NCBI GenBank assembly: GCA_965213925.1
Contig: OZ243927.1
Span: 3,488,001-3,552,000, forward strand
Origin: Trueperaceae bacterium
Lineage (GTDB): Bacteria; Deinococcota; Deinococci; Deinococcales; Trueperaceae
Length of the DNA: 64,000 nt
Reading direction: 5' to 3'
The notes beneath the pieces were generated by a model. It did no database searches. It worked only from the letters and a program-made list of their open reading frames with translations, and was not told the DNA's origin. How positions within the stretch are numbered: position 1 is the first letter of the stretch; every line of letters starts with the position of its first letter. Positions 1 to 9,717 of this stretch are shown here, in pieces. The translations under genes were made by a program, and so were the position numbers.

Positions 1-312
1 GAAGTCCTCCTCCGTCATCTCGCTGAGCGGCTTGAGTACCGCTAACCCTGCGTTGACAAAGAGGATATCGACCTTTCCGAAGGCTTCTCGGGTCTGTTCG
101 AAGAGACGGTCTAAATCGCTGAGCTTAGTAACATCCGCTCTTACTGCTATGGCGTCGCCACCTATCTCGTGCGCCGCCTTCTCTAGTGCTCCTTCGTCCC
201 GCCCCGAGATGACAACCTTCGTACCTAGGCGTACAAGTTCAGCCGCCGTCGCTCGCCCGATGCCGCTATTACCGCCCGTGATGACAGCGACTTTGTCGGT
301 TAAGTCAGGCAT
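1..312 (-). CDS. SDR family oxidoreductase (N-terminal part; runs off window)
   Basis: Manual translation from ATG at 312: MPDLTDKVAVITGGNSGIG...KVDILFVNAG (TGxxxGIG Rossmann motif). Start overlaps the upstream stop (TGATG). Confidence 0.9.
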   Translation of the reverse strand, partial: MPDLTDKVAVITGGNSGIGRATAAELVRLGTKVVISGRDEGALEKAAHEIGGDAIAVRADVTKLSDLDRLFEQTREAFGKVDILFVNAGLAVLKPLSEMTEEDF

Positions 313-1250
313 CACTCGCCTCCTAGGAACTCGAGCAATCGCTCTGTGAATACCTCAGGTACTTCTTCAGGCACCCAGTGCCCCGAGCCTTCAATCATAC
401 CACCTTGTACGTTCTCGGCATAGGCTTTTACCTGTTGAGGGACGAAGCCACCCAAGCTACCCTCAGCTCCCAGGGCGAGTACTAGCATAGTCAGCGGGGT
501 CTGCGCATAAACCTCGTTCTGCGCTACGTCCTCTGGGAAGGCACGGAAGTAGTCGAAGCTCGCTTTTAGCTTGCCAGGCTGCGCGTAGGTGCGGGCGTAT
601 TCGGCAAAGTCGGCGTCGGTAAAGCCCTCTTGATTGACCGTTAAGGCGCGAACGAATTGCTCCAGGAAGTATTGCTCTTGCCCGGCAATGATTGTTTCGG
701 GCATCTCAGGGAAGCTGAAGAATCCGAAGTTCCACGCGCCAAAGCCCGTCTCGGTGATGGCAGGAAAGGTGTAAATGCTGGCGTCGGGAATAGGCGCTTC
801 GACCAGCGCAAGGCGGCGCACCTCTTCCGGATAAGCGGCGGCGTAGGCGTAGGCAACCATCAGCCCGATATCATGCCCTACCAAGTTGATTTCACCGTCG
901 CCGTACCCAAGGTCTTGAACCAGAGCGCGGATGCGTTCGGCGGTCGTCGCTTTGTCGAAGCCGCCCTCTGGTACCTCCGAGTCTCCGAGTCCTGGCAAGT
1001 CAGGGGCAATGACGGTGTAACGCTCGGCTAAGGCGGGCATCACCTTGCGCCACATATACCAGGTCGAGCCCCAGCCGTGTAGTAAGACTAAAGGTTCTCC
1101 TTCACCGCCGATGACATAGTGGAGTTCGCCCGCGTCCAGCTCAGCAACCTCACTGCTGAAGCCTTCCGGTAGGAGTGAAGGGTCGGGCTGAGCGAACGCG
1201 GTCGCCGCGAGAAGCACTAGCAGTAGAAAAGAACACCTGATGACTTTCAT
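312..1250 (-). CDS. Alpha/beta hydrolase (epoxide hydrolase-like) with signal peptide
   Basis: HGWG, GHDIG nucleophile and GHW motifs. Likely start MKVIRC at 1250 after GAGG SD, followed by a hydrophobic signal peptide ending AFA. Confidence 0.85.
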   Translation of the reverse strand: MKVIRCSFLLLVLLAATAFAQPDPSLLPEGFSSEVAELDAGELHYVIGGEGEPLVLLHGWGSTWYMWRKVMPALAERYTVIAPDLPGLGDSEVPEGGFDKATTAERIRALVQDLGYGDGEINLVGHDIGLMVAYAYAAAYPEEVRRLALVEAPIPDASIYTFPAITETGFGAWNFGFFSFPEMPETIIAGQEQYFLEQFVRALTVNQEGFTDADFAEYARTYAQPGKLKASFDYFRAFPEDVAQNEVYAQTPLTMLVLALGAEGSLGGFVPQQVKAYAENVQGGMIEGSGHWVPEEVPEVFTERLLEFLGGE

Positions 1251-1375
1251 GGTAAACCTCCTTGAGCTTGAGTCTCGAGTCTTTCTCGAAACCTGTTTCA
1301 AGGCTCGCCTATCTGGATTAGTCCGTGTGTACAGACCTGTACACGCCCTCTCGGTGAACTGTGACACCATGAGTC

Positions 1376-2131
1376 ATGTCTAAAGAACCTAATCATGTCA
1401 AAGCACGAACGTCTTCTCCCGCCTTGCGGGGTGGGGTATGGGTCGCACCTGACAGCGGAGCGCTTAGCGATGACCCTACGCTCGATCTGGACTTCTTCGA
1501 TGGACGTTATCTCACCCGAGCCTTCGACCGGGGCGACTTCGTGTTCCGGGCTGGCGACTCGGCAGACGGCTTTTACATGGCGCTGGCAGGGCGCATCAAG
1601 CTCGTCTTGCCTGACCCTGTACGAGGGGAGCGCGTCGTTGCCGTGTGCGGCGAGGGCGACCTGTTCGGCGCGGCGGCTTGTGGGGGTGCGCCGGTGCACC
1701 GCGCGGAAGCGGTGAGTTTGCAGGAGGGAACCCTCGTTGTGAGCCTCTCCTGCGCCGAGCTGCAGGAGGCGACCAAGGGTACGCCTGCCGTGGCGCTCTT
1801 GCTCACCCGAGCCTTAGCCGCGAGGGTGCAGACCCTCGAAGAGGAGGCGGAGTTCGCCAGTTTGCCAGTGCAGGCGCGACTCGCCCGAACGTTGCTTGAC
1901 CTCGCTAAGCGCTTAGGTCAAGAAGTCGAGCCTGGGGTGTATGACCTCGAGCTTGCCCTGAGGCAAAACGAGATCGCCTCGCTCGCAGGGGCGACCAGGG
2001 TCAGCGCGACGCAGGCGCTTTCTGCCTGGCGAGATATCGGTGTCGTGACGGGTACACGCGGCTCCTACCGAGTGGACGTAGCGCGACTGGAGTCACTTCT
2101 GGACTTGCTCGAGGATGCGGCGGTGCGCTGA
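1376..2131 (+). CDS. Crp/Fnr family transcriptional regulator
   Basis: cNMP-binding barrel (GDFVFRAGD, GDLFG) plus C-terminal HTH (LRQNEIASLAGATRVSATQAL). Divergent from the hydrolase. Confidence 0.9.
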   Translation: MSKEPNHVKARTSSPALRGGVWVAPDSGALSDDPTLDLDFFDGRYLTRAFDRGDFVFRAGDSADGFYMALAGRIKLVLPDPVRGERVVAVCGEGDLFGAAACGGAPVHRAEAVSLQEGTLVVSLSCAELQEATKGTPAVALLLTRALAARVQTLEEEAEFASLPVQARLARTLLDLAKRLGQEVEPGVYDLELALRQNEIASLAGATRVSATQALSAWRDIGVVTGTRGSYRVDVARLESLLDLLEDAAVR

Positions 2132-2281
2132 AAACGTCTTAATTTACATGGGTAACGTGATCTCACAACTTCTTTATGCTGTGGGCGCTGTGCGTGAGTA
2201 GCGCGCGTTCGCCGCACAATGGCTCATCCAGTTAATTCGACTCAGGACTAAGCTGAGGACCTCACTTTAAGGAGGTCGGTG

Positions 2282-2777
2282 ATGCGTCCTTGCGCCCGTG
2301 TTCGTCAGCTAACCGAGGAAGAGTATAGGAACTCAAGCGTTGGGAACGCTCACGGACGATGGGGCTAGTTCACGGCGGGCACGCACCGTGCTGCAGTCGA
2401 ACCTAGGGTTGTCGGTACATGAGGTGGGCGAGAAGCTCGAGCTACACCACCAGACGGTGCGCAAGTGGGTGAACCGCTTCACGAAGCTGGGTATTCCTGG
2501 TTTAGAAGAAAGCCCGCGTCACGGGCGACCTCACATCTACAAAAGCGAGCATGTCGGCACTGTTATTCAAACGGCTTTAACGAAACCTGATGAGCTAGGT
2601 TTACCTTTTGGCGCTTGGACCCTCGACAGGCTGGTCGTCTACCTCAGTGAAGAGAAGGGCATCATGATGGGGCGCAGTCGCATGAGCGAAATCTTCAGGA
2701 ACGAGGGGCTCAGGACAGGTGATCGCGTAAAGCGAAGTCGCGTGGTCCCGCTCCCGCTAGCCCCAACGGGCCGCTAG
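2282..2777 (+). pseudogene. IS630-family transposase, N-terminal HTH remnant, frameshifted and truncated
   Basis: AAGGAGG SD then ATG at 2282 (MRPCARVRQLTEEEY), frameshifts, then TVRKWVNRF...GLEESPRHGRP...WTLDRL. No DDE part. Confidence 0.8.
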
Positions 2778-2826
2778 CGGGAACGCGCCACGCGTGACGC
2801 TTTGCCCGTTCTAGAGAGGATTTCGG

Positions 2827-3704
2827 CTAGGTTGAGATGCGGTGAATAGGTGGGTAGAAGAGGGTGAGCCCACGCCGCTCCCAGCTAGGGCGACGTTCCT
2901 GTATAGCTTTAGCGGTATGTATCTTGGCGTTATCCAGGACGATCACAGTTCCTCTGCTGAGCTTCAGAGAAAGACGTTCAAGCCGCTCGGCTAGAAATTC
3001 GACCGTGTAGGGACGCTGACCTCGAAAAGCGAGGCGCTGTTCCGGCGAATCAGTCCGAGACAGTTGAGTCCCGGACCTCGACTTGTAGGCGTCCACACGT
3101 CCTCACCCTTGAACTGCCGAGCATAGGGGACGACGGGGTCGAGCGAGACGCGGCACTCGTCAGCGTAGTAGAGGTCGAGCAGGTTAGACGCACTCATCTG
3201 TTCGAGTAGCGCTAATCCTTCGACTTCGAGGCTGCAGAACTCCGGGCACGGCTCTTCGAGGGGACGCTCTCGGATTCGTTTACCTGTGCCCCGAACAGGG
3301 TATATCGGCGGTTTTTTGACAAAGCGTTTCAAGGTCTCCTCGCTAAAGGACTTGCCTAGCATCTGCTCGGGCTCTTCTCTAGCAACCGAGAGTTCCTGAC
3401 GGTGTTCAGCTACAACCTCTCTTACCTTAGCCAAGTCAGCCTCTTCGAGGATCGGCTCGCGCCCCCTACCCCAGAGGGTTCTTGGTCCCTCAATACCTCC
3501 TTGTCTAGAGCGCTCTAGCTAGATGTCGACTGTGACCTGGTCGCAACCCACCTGCTTCGCTACCTCTGCCGAGGTGCGCCGCTCGCGCTTGAGTAACACC
3601 CCTTTACACCGCTGACGATAACTGTGAGTTTTGCCTGTTCGGTACTCGCGCTCGAGTGCTCGGCGTTCGTCTTCACCTAACTCGACATATCTGATCTGCC
3701 CCAT
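2827..3704 (-). mobile_element. Decayed IS630-family element (transposase split over three or more frames)
   Basis: Fragments: HTH (YRQRCKGVLL...EVAKQVG), ETLKRFVKK with an A6 run, YADE (first D), VIVLDNAKIH (second D), and a frameshifted YSPHLN-like end. Confidence 0.85.
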
Positions 3705-3762
3705 ACCGACATTTTAGCTTATCTCTGTGTGGGTACTAAGTTTAGTAACGCCACATCTCAAT

Positions 3763-3985
3763 TTAGCACGCCTTTGTCAAACATCCTGCCTCATCCAAAG
3801 AGATTTCCTTAAACTTCTGTGCCTGCTCCTCCGATGCCTTCTCAACCGGCAACCGCTCCATGCCACTCGTCCCACAAAAGCCGTTCACATGTTTGCATGT
3901 CTCGAGGATGTATTCAGCGTCGTCAGACATCACAACCGGCCCGCCGTGGCAGAGGACGATCAGGTTGTTGCGCCGCGCGGCGCAG
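3763..3985 (-). pseudogene. C-terminal fragment of a PEP-hydrolase-like / TIM-barrel signal transduction protein
   Basis: Start-less frame reads NLIVLCHGGPVVMSDDAEYILETCKHVNGFCGTSGMERLPVEKASEEQAQKFKEI, matching the family C-terminal motifs LCHGGP and GF.G.S.MERLP. Confidence 0.7.
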
Positions 3986-3987
3986 CC

Positions 3988-4926
3988 TTACGAAACGTTT
4001 TTCAACCTCGGGTCGAGCACGTCGCGAATGGCGTCGCCCAAGAGGTTAAAGCCGACGACCGAAAAGAAGATAGCGACGCCTGGAAAGATCGACATCCAGG
4101 GCGCACGCAAAAACTGCGAGAAGCCGTCGCGGATCATGAGTCCCCACTCCGGGTCGGGCGGCTGCGCGCCGAGCCCTAAAAAGCCGAGCGCGGCAACGTC
4201 CAGAATCGCCACGCCGATCGAGAGCGTGATCTGTACAATCAGGGGCGAGAGGCTGTTCGGCAAGATGTGACCGAACACGATGCGGAAAGGGTTCGAGCCT
4301 ATCGCCCGCGCCGCCTGCACGTACTCGGACTCGCGCACGCTCAAGACGACCGAGCGCGTGATGCGCGTGTAGATAGGCACTTGCGTAATGCTGATCGCGA
4401 TGAGCGCGTTTGTCAAACTAGGACCGAGCGTCGCGACAATCGCAATAGCCAGGAGGATACCCGGAAACGCCAACAGGATATCGACAAGCCACACCACCCC
4501 CGTATCCGTCCAGCCGCCGACGTAACCTGCCAAAAGCCCCAACAGAATACCGATTGTCGCCGCAATCGCCACTGCCCGTAAGCCGACGCTCAGCGAGATG
4601 CGCCCGCCGTGCCAGACACGCACAGCCAGGTTGCGCCCTAGCTCGTCCGCACCAAAAGGCAGTGACCAGGCGTTGAGGTCGCGGCGCTCTAGCTCTTGGG
4701 CGCTCATTGTCCAACTTGGCGGCGCGAGGCGCAGACGTAAGTTACGGTCCGTCGCCGAATTGTAAGGTCGCAAAATGGGTGCGGAGAGCGACAAGAGGAT
4801 AAAGAAGCCCATAATGGCTAAGCCGACGATGCCCGTGGGGTTACGAAGAAAGCGCCGCAGGTTATCGCGCCACTGGGCTTCACTCTTGTCGCGCTTCGCG
4901 GAGGTAGATGCAGTGCTTACAGCCAT
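3988..4926 (-). CDS. dppC: Peptide ABC transporter permease (DppC/OppC)
   Basis: PFGADELGR and EYVQAARAIG EAA motif. Likely start MAVST at 4926 after GAGGA. Confidence 0.9.
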   Translation of the reverse strand: MAVSTASTSAKRDKSEAQWRDNLRRFLRNPTGIVGLAIMGFFILLSLSAPILRPYNSATDRNLRLRLAPPSWTMSAQELERRDLNAWSLPFGADELGRNLAVRVWHGGRISLSVGLRAVAIAATIGILLGLLAGYVGGWTDTGVVWLVDILLAFPGILLAIAIVATLGPSLTNALIAISITQVPIYTRITRSVVLSVRESEYVQAARAIGSNPFRIVFGHILPNSLSPLIVQITLSIGVAILDVAALGFLGLGAQPPDPEWGLMIRDGFSQFLRAPWMSIFPGVAIFFSVVGFNLLGDAIRDVLDPRLKNVS

Positions 4927-5110
4927 AAGGTCCTCGGAGTAACGAGCGATGAGCAAAAAGCAGCAATCCCCTTTCGGGGTGTACGCAAGTTCTTGCCCCC
5001 TTTCGGGGATGAACGACGGAGCAAACGAACGGTGAGTTCCGAGCAATGAGCAACGAGTGAAAAGCCTTTGCCTTTTACTTTCAACTCATTGCTCATTGCT
5101 TTCAACTGCT

Positions 5111-6202
5111 TCATGAGTACTGAATCCGCGGATCGATAAGCGCGTAGGAGAGGTCGACGAGCAGGTTTACGATCACGAACACAAACGCCACAAAGAGCAC
5201 GCCGCCCTGAATGATGGGATAGTCACGGGAGCTGATCGCGTCGTAGACCCAGCGCCCGATGCCCGGCCACGAAAAGACCGTCTCGGTCAAAATCGCCCCT
5301 GAGAGGAGCGTGCCGAAGGAAAGCCCGACCACAGTGACGACGGGCAAGAGTGCGTTGCGCAAGGCATGTTTATTGACCACGACGCGCTCGACGAGCCCCT
5401 TCGAGCGAGCGGTGCGCACGTAGTCTTGGCTCAAGACCTCCAGCATCGAACTCCGCGTCATCCGCACAACAATCGCCAAGGGAATCGTGCCGAGCGCGAC
5501 GCCAGGTAAGATAAGGTGCTTAAACGCATTCCAACTCGCCGCTAAGTTGCCGCGCAGCAACCCGTCTATGACGTAGAGCCCGGTGATAGGCTGCAGATCG
5601 ATCCCGGTGCTGAGCCTGAACGACGAGGGCAGCCAGCCGAGCGTGATGGCGAAGATGTAAATCAGGATAATCGCGAGCCAAAAGACCGGGAAGGAAATCC
5701 CTGAAAGGGCGAACATCATGACCAGTGTGTCGGCGAGCTTGCCCCTATTCAAAGCCGCCCATACGCCCGCCGGGATGCCTATAACTAACGCGAAAATCAT
5801 CGCCACTAACGTCAACTCAAAGGTGGCAGGAAAGCGCGAAATCAAACTGTCCCGCACCGGAATGCGCGAGAAGATCGAGCGCCCCAAGTCGCCACGCACG
5901 AGGTCGCCCATGTAGTCGAAATACTGAGAGTCGAAAAGCGCGCCCACGCGCCCCGTCTCTGCTAAAGCTGCCGTATTGAGAAAGAGCGGCTCGTTAAGCC
6001 CCATGTCATTGCGCAGCCGCTCGCGCTGCTCCGGCGTGCTGCGGTTGCCGAGCATCGCGACAGCGGGGTCGCCGGGGATAATGCGCGTCAGCGTGAAAAT
6101 AAGGAGCGTGACCCCGATAAGAACCGGGATAAGCCCGAGGATGCGGCGGATAGCGTAGGCGGTCAAGGGATGAACCTGCGCGAGCATCCACAAACGTTGC
6201 AC
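5111..6202 (-). CDS. dppB: Peptide ABC transporter permease (DppB/OppB)
   Basis: IPGDPA, QDYVRTARSKG, ETVFSWPGIG and DPRI motifs. Confidence 0.92.
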   Translation of the reverse strand: MQRLWMLAQVHPLTAYAIRRILGLIPVLIGVTLLIFTLTRIIPGDPAVAMLGNRSTPEQRERLRNDMGLNEPLFLNTAALAETGRVGALFDSQYFDYMGDLVRGDLGRSIFSRIPVRDSLISRFPATFELTLVAMIFALVIGIPAGVWAALNRGKLADTLVMMFALSGISFPVFWLAIILIYIFAITLGWLPSSFRLSTGIDLQPITGLYVIDGLLRGNLAASWNAFKHLILPGVALGTIPLAIVVRMTRSSMLEVLSQDYVRTARSKGLVERVVVNKHALRNALLPVVTVVGLSFGTLLSGAILTETVFSWPGIGRWVYDAISSRDYPIIQGGVLFVAFVFVIVNLLVDLSYALIDPRIQYS

Positions 6203-6277
6203 GAACCAAGCTTAAATAAAATATTACTAAATAACGGCTTCGCGCCTCTGTCTTTCAAGCTATCCTCCTCTTGAAAT

Positions 6278-6306
6278 AAAAAGAGAGGGACACCTCAAGG
6301 TGTCCC
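6278..6306 (-). terminator. Intrinsic terminator/attenuating hairpin between dppA and dppB
   Basis: GGGACACC-4nt-GGTGTCCC followed by a U-rich tail on the minus strand. Confidence 0.65.
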
Positions 6307-6323
6307 AAGTCAATGCTAGCGTT

Positions 6324-7889
6324 TTACTCTACGGTCACGTCTTTCAAGCTGACCGAGCTGTACCCTAAGGGGCTCGCGTTCCAGCCACTGACGTTTGAGC
6401 GAACCGCGTTCAGCGTCACGTTATGCGCCACCGGAATCGCCGGGATTTGCTCGTGCACGCGGGTCAAAATTTCCGCGTACAGGTCGGCGCGTTCGGGCTG
6501 CTCGGAGGCTTCGCGGGCTTGCTCCAAGAGGTTGACCGTCTCCTCGTCGTCCCAACCGAACGCATTCGTGGCGGAGGGTCCGAAGAAGGTGTATAAGAAG
6601 TTGTCGGGGTCGGCGTAGTCACCGTTCCAACCGAGCATGTACATGGGGTACTTGCCCGTATCGTAGTTGTCCAAGTAGGTCGTCCAGTCTTCGGTTTGCA
6701 GCTCAGCGTTGATGCCCACGTCCGCGAGGTAGCTCGCGATCGTTTCGGCGATGGGCTGCGGCGCAGGGTAGTAAGGACGAGAGACCGGCATGTACCAGAA
6801 CTCGGTGTCGAAACCGTCAGGGTAGCCCGCTTCGGCTAAGAGCTGACGGGAGCGCTCGGGGTCGTACTCGTACTGCGAGAAGTCGGCGTGACCGAAGAGC
6901 GTCGGCGGGATGAAGTCTACGGCGGGCGTGCCGAGACCTTCGTAGAACGCAGCAACAATAGCCTCGTAGTCGATCGCGTGGGCAACCGCTTCGCGCACCT
7001 GCGGGTTGCCGAAGGGCTCGTTCGCCTGGTGCAGCCCGATGTAGCCGACGTTGAGTTCGCTCTCGGGCACCGCGACCTCTAAGTTGGGGTCGTTCTCAAC
7101 TGTGGTGAGGTCGTCCGAGGAGAGCAAGGCGGCGACGTCCAACTCGCCCGCTTGTAGCGCGGCGAGACGTGCGGTCGGCTCTTCGATACCGCGAATGACG
7201 ACCTCTTCGACGTTGGCTGCGCCGTCCCAGTAGTCATCAAAGCGGGTCAGGCGGACCTGCTCGCCTTCGCGCCACTCGGCGAATTCGAAGGGACCCGTGC
7301 CGACCGAGCCGACGCCCGGCGTGCCGTAGTCCGCGCCCGCCTCTTGCACGGCGGTCGGGCTGTCGATTTGGAAGTAAATTGCGGCGATCATGTTCGGGAA
7401 CAAGCCGAGCGGCTTCGTAAGAACGAACTCGGCGGTGTACTCGTCCACGACATTGACCGCCTCGAGCACGCTGCCGTCACCCAACGGACCGCCCCAGACC
7501 CAGCCCCAGGGCACGTAGTTCTTGCCCTCGTCGCGGTAGCTGTGGGGGTGCTCGGGGTCGTTCCAGCGGTCGAAGTTGAACTTGACCGCTTCGGCGTTGA
7601 AGGGCGTGCCGTCTTGGAAGGTGACGCCTTCGCGGAGCGTGACCGTCCACACGGAGCCGTCCTCGTTGGGTGTCCACTCGGTCGCCAAGCGCGGCACGAG
7701 GTTTGTCGTTCCCGGCTCGAAGAAGACGAGCGTTTCGGTAATCTGGTTCGACACGGCGAGCGAGTTGCCGTCTTGCGAATCGACGGAGTCTAAGCTCGAG
7801 GGAAAGCCCGAGAGCCCGTAGACGAGCGTCTGCGCATTCGCTAAACCGAACGCCAGCAGGAGACTTAGTAGGATGACGAGTCTTTTCAT
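6324..7889 (-). CDS. dppA: Peptide ABC transporter substrate-binding protein (family 5)
   Basis: Signal peptide, LREGVTFQDGTPFNAEAVKFNFDR and GTGPF motifs. GGAGG SD. Confidence 0.92.
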   Translation of the reverse strand: MKRLVILLSLLLAFGLANAQTLVYGLSGFPSSLDSVDSQDGNSLAVSNQITETLVFFEPGTTNLVPRLATEWTPNEDGSVWTVTLREGVTFQDGTPFNAEAVKFNFDRWNDPEHPHSYRDEGKNYVPWGWVWGGPLGDGSVLEAVNVVDEYTAEFVLTKPLGLFPNMIAAIYFQIDSPTAVQEAGADYGTPGVGSVGTGPFEFAEWREGEQVRLTRFDDYWDGAANVEEVVIRGIEEPTARLAALQAGELDVAALLSSDDLTTVENDPNLEVAVPESELNVGYIGLHQANEPFGNPQVREAVAHAIDYEAIVAAFYEGLGTPAVDFIPPTLFGHADFSQYEYDPERSRQLLAEAGYPDGFDTEFWYMPVSRPYYPAPQPIAETIASYLADVGINAELQTEDWTTYLDNYDTGKYPMYMLGWNGDYADPDNFLYTFFGPSATNAFGWDDEETVNLLEQAREASEQPERADLYAEILTRVHEQIPAIPVAHNVTLNAVRSNVSGWNASPLGYSSVSLKDVTVE

Positions 7890-8175
7890 AGCACCTCCAG
7901 GGGGTACACCTGAGCTATACCTAACGAGTTAATGGCGTTTTTCGTTAGCGAAGTCTATAATGCGCAGGCTGCCCAATGCTAATACGAATATTATCACAGT
8001 GAGCATCGTGAGGCGCAAGAGGGTGGGGTTAATGAAGAAGTCAGTGACCAAAATTCAGTAGTCAGTAGGCTGCCATGCTGAATTCTGACTACTGGCTACT
8101 CGTGAATGCTGGCTACTCGAAATAAGCAGCTCGAGCCCAAAATCCCCTTCTGCAAATGCTACGATAGAGACAGCC

Positions 8176-9690
8176 ATGTCCGCCATCTACCAACGCGCCC
8201 GCCCCATCACCTTCGCCCAAGTCGTCGGTCAAGACCACGTCAAAAGCGTGCTCAAAGCGGCTCTTGAGCGCGGGCGCATCGGTCACGCCTACCTCTTTTC
8301 GGGACCGCGCGGCGTCGGCAAAACGACGACGGCGCGGCTCTTGGCGATGGCGGTCAACTGTGAGAATGAGGACGTTGCTCAGCGTCCTTGTGGCGAGTGC
8401 GAATCGTGCCTGTTGGTGCGCAGAGGTAATCATCCGGACGTGACCGAGTTGGACGCGGCGTCGAACAATTCGGTTGAAGATATTCGAGATTTAAGAGAAA
8501 AGGTGCGGCTCGCCTCGCTAAGAGGGGGCAAGCGCGTGTGGGTCTTGGATGAGGCGCACATGCTGAGCAAGTCGGCGTCGAACGCGCTTCTCAAGACGCT
8601 CGAGGAGCCCCCGCCCAACCTCGTCTTCATCCTAGCCACCACCGAGCCCGAAAAGCTGCCGCCGACGATTCTCTCGCGCACCCAGCACTTCCGCTTTCGC
8701 CGACTTTCTGAGGGTGAGATTGCAGGCAAGCTCGAGCGGTTATGCCAAGAGGCTGACGTTCCCGCTGAAAAGGACGCCCTCACCTTAGTCGCGAAAGCTG
8801 CCGACGGTGCGATGCGGGACGCGGAGTCGCTTTTAGAACGTCTTCTAACTTCGGGTGAAGCCATCACCCAAGAGGACGCCGAAGCCGCGTTGGGATTGCC
8901 GCCGCAGTCGAGGTTGCAAAATTTGGCGAAGCACCTCATCAACCGCGACTTGAACGCACTTTTTAGCGAAGCGAGCGGTCTCTACACGGACGGTTTTGCG
9001 CCCCGCAGCTTAGCCGAGCGCCTCAAGCTGACCTTGCGCGAAGCGCTTTACACGTCAGTCGGTTTGACGGATGACTTCCGCTTAGACGCCGACCAAGACA
9101 ACCTCTTGCGCGTCATCCACGCCCTCGACGACGAGGCGGAGCGCTTTGTCCGCTATGACGACCTCTTCTCATTGGAAGTCTCCCTCATCAAAGCGATGAA
9201 CGCGCTGTCACACAACGCGCCGAGCGACGCGGTGGCTGACCTCTCTGAGCGTCCACCCGCGCCGAGTCGGGACGGAGCCGCAGCGCAGCCGCCGCCTACA
9301 CGCCCTAGCCTCCCCGACTTCGACCCCGTCGGACGCACGCCGCCTCAACCTCTTTCGAACGGGATTTCGAACAGTGCGGCGGAACGGGCGAGGGAACGTG
9401 CACCTCAGAGAGATGAGCCTCGAGCCGAATCCGCACCACCTCCCCGAAAGGTCAACTGGCACAGCGTCCAGAGCAAAGCCAGCGCCCAACTCAAAGCCTT
9501 TCTGATGCCCGCTAAAACCGACATCGAGGGTCAGGATATCTACTTGCGCTTCGCCGACACGCACAAGTTTCACTTTTCCCAGCTCAAAAGCCGCCAGGGT
9601 GAACTCACCTCTCTGGTGGGCGACGTGTTGGGCGGCGGCTACACGCTGCACATCGAAGGACCAGGGGAGTCGCTTGTAAAAAAGTTGTAG
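8176..9690 (+). CDS. dnaX: DNA polymerase III clamp loader subunit, short (gamma-like) form, 504 aa
   Basis: GPRGVGKTT Walker A, Zn Cys motif, DEAHML, LLKTLEEPP and SRTQ. Confidence 0.97.
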   Translation: MSAIYQRARPITFAQVVGQDHVKSVLKAALERGRIGHAYLFSGPRGVGKTTTARLLAMAVNCENEDVAQRPCGECESCLLVRRGNHPDVTELDAASNNSVEDIRDLREKVRLASLRGGKRVWVLDEAHMLSKSASNALLKTLEEPPPNLVFILATTEPEKLPPTILSRTQHFRFRRLSEGEIAGKLERLCQEADVPAEKDALTLVAKAADGAMRDAESLLERLLTSGEAITQEDAEAALGLPPQSRLQNLAKHLINRDLNALFSEASGLYTDGFAPRSLAERLKLTLREALYTSVGLTDDFRLDADQDNLLRVIHALDDEAERFVRYDDLFSLEVSLIKAMNALSHNAPSDAVADLSERPPAPSRDGAAAQPPPTRPSLPDFDPVGRTPPQPLSNGISNSAAERARERAPQRDEPRAESAPPPRKVNWHSVQSKASAQLKAFLMPAKTDIEGQDIYLRFADTHKFHFSQLKSRQGELTSLVGDVLGGGYTLHIEGPGESLVKKL

Positions 9691-9717
9691 CGGAGCGTGC
9701 CGACGAGGGCGCTCCGC
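9663..9717 (+). promoter_or_regulatory. Programmed -1 ribosomal frameshift signal
   Basis: SD-like AGGGGAG at 9663-9669, in-phase slippery A AAA AAG at 9678-9684, and an 8-bp stem GCGGAGCG(9690-97)/CGCTCCGC(9710-17). Confidence 0.85.

Noticed and set aside
7890..8175. Possible SRP RNA or riboswitch upstream of dnaX/dppA
   Set aside because: No SRP or riboswitch consensus was recognisable.
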